Positions 50,551 through 59,672 of a stretch of 64,000 bases of DNA are shown here, one piece after another (positions within the stretch are counted from its first letter, which is position 1; each line of letters begins with the position of its first letter). Below the pieces are notes generated by a model. The model ran no database searches. It was not told the DNA's origin and was given only the letters and a program-made list of their open reading frames with translations. Both the position numbers and the translations under genes were made by a program. This DNA comes from Andalucia godoyi And28. Taxonomy: Eukaryota; Protista; Jakobida. The DNA is taken from positions 207,428 through 271,427 of the forward strand of contig VRVR01000017.1 of the NCBI GenBank assembly GCA_009859145.1, read 5' to 3'.

Positions 50551-51030
50551 TCATTCGCGAACCGAGGCCGCAAGGCACTTGTCGACAACGTCAATCAAAT
50601 GCTTATTCTCCAACGCCGCTGCAACTCGTTCCTTATCATTCAGCTGCTTATTCACTTCCGCTTCTTGTGCGTGAGAGCCCGGCGAAACCCTCACTCTGAG
50701 CTTGAATCTCGATGGCAGCGATCGCAGCAGTTTGACACGAATGCACAGACCAATCAGCGTGCTCATCGAACAGTGCGGAATAGTCGGAGTGAACTGCACA
50801 TCAATGATCGAGGCCTTATTATCCACGTACAGTAGTGTGTGCTGCACAACTTTCAGCTCTTCGAGAGTGTGCGGATGCTCCGGGTCATGGATTCCTCGAA
50901 TATGCTCAAACACTTCAAATGCATCAATCTCATCCTGGACTCCATCGTCCCATTCCTCGGCACTCCCTTCCGGCCGAAGAACAGACAATGTCTGGTAGAT
51001 TACAGGATTGGGATTAATAAGCTCCGTCAT
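50551..51030 (-). CDS. CIAO2B: Cytosolic Fe-S assembly protein CIA2/MIP18 (FAM96B/AE7)
   Basis: [83 protein letters not shown] at 51030. Confidence 0.96.
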   Translation of the reverse strand: MTELINPNPVIYQTLSVLRPEGSAEEWDDGVQDEIDAFEVFEHIRGIHDPEHPHTLEELKVVQHTLLYVDNKASIIDVQFTPTIPHCSMSTLIGLCIRVKLLRSLPSRFKLRVRVSPGSHAQEAEVNKQLNDKERVAAALENKHLIDVVDKCLAASVRE

Positions 51031-51531
51031 TTCTGATTCCGCCAAAAAAAGAAGACCAACAAGCGAAATAATAATAATTATTATCATTACAATAATTATA
51101 AATACAATAAAAACAGTGCATGTGTCCATCAAGATACATGTGCTTACCTGCTTCCTGACTCATTGGATAGGCGCTGATGCTGGCCTTTTATGCGAAATAG
51201 TCTGTGTGAGGCGCAGCATGCGAGAGTAGTACTTGAGTCGTTCTCGCAAAGGCGTCACGACCCTTTATTTTATTTATTAATTTTTTGTGTTTTGGCTAGG
51301 GTTCGCTTCGCCAAACTTCACGTTGAAATGGATTCCTGGCACCAAGGAGAAGCACCAGATCGAGAGAAGCCAAGGGAGTCGAAAGCAGTCTTTTTGCCTA
51401 TTCATTTAACTCTTTTGAAGTTTTTAATTTTAATTTTTTAATTTAAATATTTGCATTCGTGAAAACTGTTTTGAAGAGCCCGAAGTGTTCAGGAAGAGAC
51501 GGGGGGCAGAAGAAGAGGTTTCTGATTGAGA

Positions 51532-52458
51532 ATGAGCGACGATCCAAAGGCCAATCCCGAAGAGATTGCCTCTCTTGCAGTGTTTGATGCAACGAAGAAG
51601 AAGAAGAAGAAGAAGGTGTCTGAAGAAGAGTCTGCGGCGTCCAGCACAGCTGCATCGGGTGAAGCGAGTGAGAAGAGCGAGAAGAGCGAGAAGAGCGAGA
51701 AGAGCGAGAAGAGCGAAAAAAAGGCAAAGAAGGACAAGGCTGAAAAGGAGGTGTCGGTAGATGAAGCGGCAGAAGGAGTCGCGGCCATGTCGTTTGAAGG
51801 CAAGAAAAAGAAGAAGTCGTCGTCGTCGTCGTCGTCGTCAAAGACTAAAGATGCATCGTCCTCGGAAGATCCGTCGCAGTCTGGTTCTGTTGGAGGCGGT
51901 GCTGGAGATGTCTCACAGCCCGGATCGGTGTTGGAGGAAAATGTGGATCTGGCAACTCTGGAGCCGTATACAGAGTCTGAGCGGGATTATCTGTACGACG
52001 AATTGCTGAACCGCGTTTTTGAGCAACTGACTTCAAAGAACCCTGAGTTGGGAGGCAAGAAACGCAAGCAAAAGATCTCCACGCTTCAGGTGGTGCCGGA
52101 AGGTACCAAAAAGACGGTGTTTGTCAACTTTGTGGATGTGGCGAAGTCGCTGAACCGATCACCAGATCATGTGCAGCAGTTCATCACCACCGAACTTGGA
52201 TGCACAGCGTCGACAGATGCACAGGGCAGACTGATCCTCAAGATCAAGATTCAACAAAAGGGTATCGAGTCAATCATGAGAAATTATGTCACGGAATACG
52301 TAATGTGCTCCATGTGTCGGTCTCTTGATACGGAGCTCTCCAGGGATCCGGTTACGCGTTTGTTCTTCCTCAAATGCGCGTCATGCAACGCTGCTCGGTC
52401 TGTTGCCCCCATCAAGCAGGGTTTCGTCGCACAGGTCACAAAGCGCAAGAAGGAGTAG
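51532..52458 (+). CDS. EIF2S2: Translation initiation factor eIF2 subunit beta
   Basis: Poly-Lys boxes; RDYLYDELLNRVF, GTKKTVFVNF, LNRSPDHVQQFITTELG; Zn finger YVMCSMCRS...LKCASC. ATG at 51532. Confidence 0.96.
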   Translation: MSDDPKANPEEIASLAVFDATKKKKKKKVSEEESAASSTAASGEASEKSEKSEKSEKSEKSEKKAKKDKAEKEVSVDEAAEGVAAMSFEGKKKKKSSSSSSSSKTKDASSSEDPSQSGSVGGGAGDVSQPGSVLEENVDLATLEPYTESERDYLYDELLNRVFEQLTSKNPELGGKKRKQKISTLQVVPEGTKKTVFVNFVDVAKSLNRSPDHVQQFITTELGCTASTDAQGRLILKIKIQQKGIESIMRNYVTEYVMCSMCRSLDTELSRDPVTRLFFLKCASCNAARSVAPIKQGFVAQVTKRKKE

Positions 52459-52817
52459 CAGAGTCAAAAGAATGTCCCAAACTTGGAGGAAAGAGGAAGC
52501 GGGACGGAAGGAGGAACAACAGGAGGAATGGGGAACGAAGGAGAAACACACACGCATATACACATACGCACACACACACACACATACACACACACACGTA
52601 CACGTACACACGGAAGTGCATGGACAAAGGATGCCTTCTTCCGGAGTACGCAATTGCTAAGACTCTCCGTGTGTTTCATCTCTCCATATGCCTGTTTTCT
52701 TTGTTTTGTTTTGTTTTTTTTCTCATGTACGCTGTGTGCGTTGTTTTTATTTGTTATGAGGATATACATAAAACCACTATATTCAATATTTCCTACTGTT
52801 TTCATTGCGAGTGTTTT

Positions 52818-53153
52818 TCACAAGCTGTACGCATCTGCGCCGAGATAATACATGAGCTGAAGTCGCGATGCCCCAACGACCTTGACCTTGACTCGATCAA
52901 GCTGGAGCTCCTGGATTGCAGCCCATCGATGGCACCCTCCGAACATGAAATACTTGAAGCCTTCGGCAGTAGAAACCTCAAGGACATCAATGGGCACTTG
53001 CTGGCCAACATCCAGTATCGAGTCCCGAATGGCGCACACCTTGTCACCGTCCAGAACGGAAGGAATTGGTCGGCGAATGAGCGAGACTGGCATGTCGATG
53101 ACCTGCCCTGCAAGTCCGACTCTTCCAAACTCTATCTCGGGAACCGTCGTCAT
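52818..53153 (-). CDS. SRX1: Sulfiredoxin (minimal model from ATG 53153; a longer or spliced N-terminus is possible)
   Basis: MPVSLIRRPIPSVLD..KV, PIDVL, YFMFGGCHRWAA (catalytic FGGCHR), L..YLG. Confidence 0.9.
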   Translation of the reverse strand: MTTVPEIEFGRVGLAGQVIDMPVSLIRRPIPSVLDGDKVCAIRDSILDVGQQVPIDVLEVSTAEGFKYFMFGGCHRWAAIQELQLDRVKVKVVGASRLQLMYYLGADAYSL

Positions 53154-53347
53154 GTACAGTGTTGCTTCTTTGATTCCTATGACAATCTCCCACTCCACAA
53201 TGACATGCGAGACACAGTGAAAACCACCTAAAAAGGAACCTTTTGAGTCCAAAGAAACACTCGCTGTGATTCGAGCCTCCGACGAAAATCCCCCGGCGCT
53301 GCGAAAGTCAACATGATGGATGACGGCAACAACACAACAGGCTCCTT

Positions 53348-53374
53348 TTCTTCTTCTTCTTCTTCTTCTTCTTC

Positions 53375-53417
<43 letters not shown>
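53348..53417 (+). repeat. Compound (TTC)n(TTA)n microsatellite in the SRX1/cactin divergent spacer
   Basis: Read directly; it accounts for the poly-I/poly-R run in the 220-aa track ORF. Confidence 0.9.
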
Positions 53418-53418
<1 letters not shown>

Positions 53419-53505
53419 TGTTGTTTCGCATCGTCATTCTTTTTTAAATTTGTGATGTAATGTTTATGCGTCAAGGTCAAGTTTAGGTTATAGGCGCGTT
53501 GGAGA

Positions 53506-55176
53506 ATGTTGTCAATGAACGCAAAAGCACCGGCTGCTGTGAGACGGAAGGATCACCACTATGATGATGGTGATAATGATGATGATGAGGAAGAGTTTTT
53601 CGATGTGCGGCCATCAAAGATTGCGAAGCTCTCGGCCTTGGACTCTTCGTCTGGAAAGAGTCTGTTTGCGGACCCTTCGATTGCACAGCCTTTCATCTGG
53701 GCTAAGAATAAGGACTCTGACAACAACGGCGGCCCGAGTGCACAGGCTCCGCTGGAAGACCGCATTGCGAAGCTTGAGGAAATGGAGAAGAGCCGTCTTT
53801 TGCGAGAAGAAGATGTCAAGAAGCGACGGATGAATCGAGAGGAGAAGCTTCGGGAACGCGAGCAAGACGAAGGGTACAAAGAATGGGCTGAGCAAGAGGC
53901 GCAGTTTCATGTGAAGCAAACGCGGCAGCGAGCATTGCTGAGACTGGAAGGAGGCCGAGGCTCGCTCTGTGACATTCTGCTGTGCAACATCGTGAATGAA
54001 GAAAGAGTCTTGTTTCTCACTCTGAAGCCTTCAGTTCTCTTCACGACGTGGGCCCGAGAGCACTTCAAAGGAGAATCAGAAATCAGGAGAGAGATCCAAG
54101 TGTGGAAGGAGGATACGTCGTATTACATGGAGCATGACAGGCCACATTCCACATACTGGGAACACGTTCTGAAGGTGGTTTCGTTTGTGGAAAGCTGTGT
54201 GAACGACGGGGAATCCGAAGAGGATCGACAGATGGACGTTGTTTACGAAAAGCAATCTCTGGAACAGCTGGACAAAATGCTCGCCGACGTTCGTGAAAAG
54301 GCGTATACGGATCCAATGAATCCCGATTTCTGGAAACGGGCTGCAGCGAGGTTAGACTGGTACATCTCCCGGATAAAGCTCGACGACATGCATTACGGCC
54401 TGTTGCGAAAACAACTGAAGCTCCCACCAGCCGCATCCTGCCAGGACGTTGTGTCCAAGTTGCTCGAGATAAACGGCGTGAGACAGAGCGAAGTGGAGGC
54501 AAAGTATTCGGGGACAGCCGTCCCGGCTGCAACACTGCCAGCAGCAACTGTGCCTGGTTCGTTACTCACGTTGGAGAAACCAATCATCTATTCGCATTTT
54601 CAAACGTCTCCGCACGTCTTTGGGCTGGAGAACTTCCCGAGATTGCACGTGCTATCCCTGGCCGCGCAAAGGCTTACGAAAGAAGAGGAAACGAAACTGA
54701 GGCAGCAGCTTCATTTGCCAAGCGAAGGGGATGCCACGGCAGACGGTCAAGACTCGGAGTACGATGGAGAAGTCATCCTTCCCATTCAGTTTCCAAAGTG
54801 GTCCGCGTCCTACGACCCTCGGAAGCCTCGATATTTCAACTATGTGCATTACGGCTATGAATGGAATCGATACAACAGGACGCATTATAACTCGGACAAC
54901 CCACCACCCAAAATGGTCATGGGATACAAGTTTAACATCTTTTTCCCTGACCTACAGGACCCCAGCAAGACTCCGTCCTACCACGTTCGACGGGACGGCA
55001 AAGAAAAGGGGACGTCCATTCTTACCTTTCATTCTGGTCCGCCATACCAGGACATTGCGTTTCGGGTTGTCGATAGAGAATGGGAGAAGTCGCATCATCG
55101 TGGTTTTCGATGCGTGTTTGACAAGGGTGTGCTGCAACTGCACTTTCAGTTCAAGAAGATTCGATACAAGAACTAA
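53506..55176 (+). CDS. CACTIN: Cactin (spliceosome C/C*-associated factor)
   Basis: EWAEQEAQFHVKQ mid-domain motif and C-terminal cactus-binding domain YDPRKPRYFN.VH.GYEWNRYNRTHYNSDNPPPK.VMGYKFNIFFPDL...GPPYQDIAFRVVDREW...RGFRCVFDKGVLQLHFQFKKIRY. Confidence 0.96.
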   Translation: MLSMNAKAPAAVRRKDHHYDDGDNDDDEEEFFDVRPSKIAKLSALDSSSGKSLFADPSIAQPFIWAKNKDSDNNGGPSAQAPLEDRIAKLEEMEKSRLLREEDVKKRRMNREEKLREREQDEGYKEWAEQEAQFHVKQTRQRALLRLEGGRGSLCDILLCNIVNEERVLFLTLKPSVLFTTWAREHFKGESEIRREIQVWKEDTSYYMEHDRPHSTYWEHVLKVVSFVESCVNDGESEEDRQMDVVYEKQSLEQLDKMLADVREKAYTDPMNPDFWKRAAARLDWYISRIKLDDMHYGLLRKQLKLPPAASCQDVVSKLLEINGVRQSEVEAKYSGTAVPAATLPAATVPGSLLTLEKPIIYSHFQTSPHVFGLENFPRLHVLSLAAQRLTKEEETKLRQQLHLPSEGDATADGQDSEYDGEVILPIQFPKWSASYDPRKPRYFNYVHYGYEWNRYNRTHYNSDNPPPKMVMGYKFNIFFPDLQDPSKTPSYHVRRDGKEKGTSILTFHSGPPYQDIAFRVVDREWEKSHHRGFRCVFDKGVLQLHFQFKKIRYKN

Positions 55177-55248
55177 CAAATTGGACGAATGTGTGTGTGG
55201 GTGTGTCGGTGGTAGGGAGCTGAGATGAGATGAGATGAATTGCCAAGG

Positions 55249-56307
55249 TTATTCGCCGTCATTAGAGTCCAATCTCTGGAATGCTATGTCATCGGCGGCG
55301 TCTGTGCTATTCACGGCAGACGGAGCGTTCGATTGCCTCTTGCCTGCGGAAGAAAAGGAAACAAGGATGACCCCCGTCAGGATCATGATGGATCCCAGTA
55401 TCAGGCAGACAGCATACACAACGGTGACGTTTTTGAACTCTCCAAGGACAAACAGACCCAGAAGAACCCCGAAAACAGGGACAACGAAATTCACCATGTT
55501 CATCCGGACTGCTCCCAAGTTCCGCAAGAGTTCAAAGAACAAGAAGAAGGCAAGTGCGCTGGAAATAAAACCGCAAATCAACAAGCTGCTAATAGTAAGA
55601 GATGTGGCGACGGGCATGGCCGCTTGCTTCACCCAGGCATCTCGAATCGCTGCATAGAGTGTCATGATCAGACAAGCAGCATGGAGCTGTCCGTTCAACA
55701 CAAGCAAAGTCGGTATCGGATAAATATACCGCTTCGCAACCGACGCTGCAATCGCAAACGAAAAATTGGTACCAAGAACCATGACAACTCCCCAGAAGCG
55801 GTTCCCCGTACTCGAACCTGCATTATCCTCATATTCGTTGACAAGCACCAATGCAACACCAATGAATCCCACCAGGAGACCGCACAGACGAACTCGAGAA
55901 GTCCGGATGAACTGCCATTCCTCCGGGATAATGAATGCCGCAACAGCAATCATGAAGAACGGCTGTGACGAAATCATCAGCGAAACCAGACCCGAAGGCA
56001 TCAAGGTTGTAGCGTACGCAACCAACGTGTACGGAATGGCTTGGTTGGTCAGACCGAGAAACATAAACTGCGGTATCAATATCCATCGCCAGCGTCGCGC
56101 TACTTCATCTTTGAACTGCGGATCCCGGAGAAACTTGTAGAGAAAAACAGAAAGACACGTTCCGCACGCAATCACCAGACGGTAGACAATGAAGACTTCC
56201 GGAACAAACGTCTCCAGACCGATGTGCACGAGGAGGAACACAGAGCCCCATATGGCCGACAGCCCAAAGAACTCGATCGCAGTAATCAGTTTCTGTGAAA
56301 GTATCAT
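55249..56307 (-). CDS. EamA/DMT-family transporter (about 10 TM, two EamA repeats)
   Basis: LSAIWGSVF, F.VYRLVIA, LGLTNQAIPYTL, SGLVSLMISSQPFF, SALAFFLFFELL..LGAVR...VNFVVPVFGVLLG. Likely start ATG at 56307. Confidence 0.92.
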   Translation of the reverse strand: MILSQKLITAIEFFGLSAIWGSVFLLVHIGLETFVPEVFIVYRLVIACGTCLSVFLYKFLRDPQFKDEVARRWRWILIPQFMFLGLTNQAIPYTLVAYATTLMPSGLVSLMISSQPFFMIAVAAFIIPEEWQFIRTSRVRLCGLLVGFIGVALVLVNEYEDNAGSSTGNRFWGVVMVLGTNFSFAIAASVAKRYIYPIPTLLVLNGQLHAACLIMTLYAAIRDAWVKQAAMPVATSLTISSLLICGFISSALAFFLFFELLRNLGAVRMNMVNFVVPVFGVLLGLFVLGEFKNVTVVYAVCLILGSIMILTGVILVSFSSAGKRQSNAPSAVNSTDAADDIAFQRLDSNDGE

Positions 56308-56688
56308 GACACTGACTGATCTCGATAAAACGAGACTGTTGGAAGAACGAATTCGCCCTTCTCTTTTGAACTCTTGTTGGAAGAAACTGGCAGCAAAAAA
56401 AAAAACCACGCAACAGACCACCCGGCAGGTCATGCAGTATTCATGTCGCAAACACGTCGATCATGGTCGATGCGTGCGCGCGGTCGCAGCAAACATCGCG
56501 ACTGTGCAGCGCAGCGGGAAAAAAGAGAGTAAGAGGGCATGAAGAGCGAGTAACCACAGTTTACAACGAAAAAGAATCGACACAGCATAATTGAACCCAA
56601 AGAAGGATCTGCGTCAAACAGTCACGGAAACAAACTGCCGCCACACACACACAGATTTATTGCGGGGATAGCATCTACAGACAAAAGT

Positions 56689-57107
56689 CTACCGGAACTT
56701 GTAGAATCCGATGGCGTTCGCGTTCTCGCGGAAGCAGCGACGGCAAACCATAAGATCGTACTTGCGGATGAGACCACGGTGAACGGAGCAAATGCGGCTA
56801 GGGTGGGGGGGAAAAAAAGGAAAACATGAGCAACTGTTCAATATGGAATCACCAACAGAGAAATGCCAGCATGGTGCAAGAGGCGGAAATGTCAAAGGCC
56901 AAAATCACCACATGAAAGATCAGCGGGAGACCAGAAACTGCCTTGGCCCAACGACTTTGTACATCTTTCTCAGGAGGCCTGGCATCTCATTGCAGCGGCG
57001 ATCTTGAATGAATAACACCAATTTAAAATATAAAAAAACACGTACCATTCGCGGGTGCCCTTTCCGTATCCCTTAGGATGGCTGTTCCAGATATCTGCGT
57101 AACCCAT
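56689..57107 (-). CDS. RPS29: 40S ribosomal protein S29 (uS14), 2 exons, 56 aa
   Basis: Exon 1 57107-57046 ([20 protein letters not shown]; GTACGT donor, phase 2) plus exon 2 56797-56689 gives [36 protein letters not shown]. Confidence 0.97.
56887..56950 (-). ncRNA. Candidate intronic ACA-box snoRNA hairpin in the RPS29 intron
   Basis: GGCCAA/TTGGCC basal stem, upper stem CCGC-TGA/TCA-GTGG, and ACA-TTT 15 nt after the upper stem. No canonical H box found. Confidence 0.35.
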
Positions 57108-57449
57108 GATTGCGAGCGCGACTACGTTCTATGATTCGTCCAAACTCGGTGCAGGAAAAAGAAAAAAAAAGGAAGAAGAGAAAACGGGTCCTCGAAAAAA
57201 ACCTCGAGATGGCTCCAGAGGGGAAATTGAAAACAATAGCAATCTGGGCGAGGGGCGCAGTAACCCTAGGCTGACTTGCATATTGCTCATTATCCAGGGT
57301 TATTACGCCGTTCCTCGGTTTTCCGGGGGACGAAAGTTTTTTCTTTTGTTGTTGTTGTTTATTACGACAGATGAACACTCTTTCTTTTGTCAATCGTTTT
57401 TCTTTCAACAGCCGTGATAAAAAAAGAGTTCTCATTTCTTCACGTGTGT

Positions 57450-58675
57450 TTACCGCATTGTGAACTTTTGAGAATAATCGACACCACGGATAGTATAGTC
57501 GAAGCTAATATCGACCAGCCGCTGGTGCTCGGCAGACTTTGCGACACGCAGCTTTCCTTTAATGTGCTCATTCTTGTGAATCTTCATGGGCTTGAACACA
57601 TAGAACAGAGTCGTCGCCCAATGGGTATTGGTGGACTCTGGAGACGTTGATAGAATGACTGGCTTTTCGCCCTCTGCGGCAGGGAATTCGCAGTCAAACC
57701 ACGAAATGAATCCGTTGAACCAATCCGAGTCATTTGTAACCAAATCAAAAGGAGATTCAAAATCATCTAGCTCGGCTGCAGTGACCGACTTGCAGTCAAT
57801 ATCCTTGAACAAGACTGCGTTTGAAATGATGCCGTTTGGATCAAAAGTGTCCACAATGGGTTCTTCAAAGGCGCACTTTTTTGCAAAGGGCATGATGCAA
57901 GACATGTCGATGCCATAGACATTCTCCCAAAAATAGATCGCATCGTTGAAGCTCTTAATGTCTGAGATGGCTGAAATGTACATCCGACCCTTGTTGGGGA
58001 ACATCTGGCCCTCTGGCTTTAGCCAGCGTTCGCGCGCATAGACAACACTGTCAAACATGGACTCGTACAGCAAAAAGTATCCCATCCATTCTGACACAAT
58101 AATGTCAACTGAGCCTGGCGGAATCACCTCGTCGGAGATTTCCTCGGCACGTGAATGAACAACCTGAATGATGTGGTCCATTGAATTGTGCTTGGCAATC
58201 GCTTCGGCCTGCGTTGCGATTCCAGAGGCTTCCACTGCATACACCTTTTTTGCTCCGGCCTGTGCACAGAAAAACGACAGAATTCCTGTTCCAGCTCCAA
58301 GATCAATCACTGTCTTTCCTTCAAACATCTTTTTGTTTTGCAAAATGGCATTGCGATACGCTTCCGTCCGCACACGATCCTGGATCATCTCTTGATGGAT
58401 GGACTGTGTCACAAGTTACATTCAGCAAAAACCAAAATACAAATCGATGGCAAAAAAATAAGAATTAGAACACCATCAACAACCAGACATTCACACACAG
58501 GACACGTCAAAAAAGATTGTGGTGATAACAAAGAGTGGCATGCGGAAGAAAACAATAGCCATAATGATGAAAAACATACAATGTGGGAATACGAATCAAA
58601 GTAATACGAGTCGTCTTTCAGATCCTTGCGATGTCCAAGCACAGCAGATTTGGCTTCTTTTCCACGACTGCTCAT
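57450..58675 (-). CDS. PRMT1: Type I protein arginine methyltransferase (PRMT1-like), 2 exons, about 349 aa
   Basis: Exon 1 58675-58580 (YFDSYSHI; GTATGT donor, phase 0) plus exon 2 from 58403 (SIHQEMIQDRVRT). VIDLGAGTGILS, VDIIVSEWMGYFLLYESM, THW loop. Confidence 0.93.
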
Positions 58676-58849
58676 TTTCTGTTTTTATTTGCGTGCGTGC
58701 GTGTGAGTATACGCCACGAAAAAGTGTGAAATTGCACAAAGCACAGTGTTCACACAAGAATCAACAAAGTAAACGCATTGAGACATTTATTCCCATTTCC
58801 TGCATTCTTTTTCCCTTTTCCCTTTTTTTTTTTTGAGCGACTTGCTTTA

Positions 58850-59293
58850 CGACAGCCCACTTGAAGAGGCGACGCCTACATTGTACACTAATCCACGGGT
58901 AATCATCGCTGATCACCTATAATCAATAACATGCATAGCATGATTGGGAAGGGGTAGGCCCCAACACGCCCCTCGGTATGAGAGACGTTCCTAAGATAGA
59001 TGTAGATGCTGCGCGCGCCGTTCCAATCGCGGTCGAGCGTGCATTTGCACGATGGGCAACAAAACACACCTTGCTTCCACACAACTTGCGATGGATTTCC
59101 CCCGCAACGGCCGTATGTTTTAAACGTGTACTCCTCCGTCACAAGTCACAATCGACACCTGCCGCCCCGCGAATTCGCGCGTCTCGTCGAGTAGCGCAGC
59201 CGCGCAGTTGTCGCCTTGGCGATCGTTCCGACGGCGGTGGAGATGTCACAGGTCTTGCGCAGCGTTGCGGACGTGACGTACATGGTGCATTGC
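58850..59293 (-). mobile_element. Degenerate TnpB/Fanzor2 C-terminal half with structured 3' flank (putative omega RNA / right end)
   Basis: AMHHVRHVRNAAQDL*H, AKATTAR, LLDETREFAGRQVSIV, VTEEYTFKTYGRCG, EIHRKLCGSKV, FCCPSCKCTLDRDWNGARSIY (DRD at 59034) across frameshifts; hairpins downstream at 58965-58898. Confidence 0.88.
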
Positions 59294-59672
59294 ATGGACA
59301 ATAAAAATAAAATAAGAAATGAGCGTCGGTGTGCGAGAATGCAACGCGGCGGCGTGTTTATAAAGGGATTTCATGATCAAAATGGAGCGAAACGAATCGG
59401 GCATCGTGTGACGGAGTTGCCAAGACAGCAAACGCAAGCGCATGGCGCGTGGCAGTGGTTTCTGTTTTACGTGCGCTTCAGGTTGCTTCATCAAATCGCA
59501 ATAAATGGCAGCGGTCTGAGACCCGCTGAGACCTGATCAAAAGAGAATCCCGCAGGATTGTTTTTCTTTCAGCTTCTCATTGCTCGCTGTCCAATTTTCC
59601 AAATCATTCATTCGTATCTCCTCCCCGACTTCCCGGAGCACGAGCGATACGTGCCAGACGATACAAAAAAAT

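Noticed and set aside
51667-51717. GAGAAGAGC tandem repeat (about 5 copies)
   Set aside because: Coding (EKS)n low-complexity linker in eIF2-beta, not an independent element.
59425-59460. Plus-strand SKRKRMARG resembling a TnpB bridge-helix segment
   Set aside because: Opposite strand to the adjacent relic and only a basic low-information motif.
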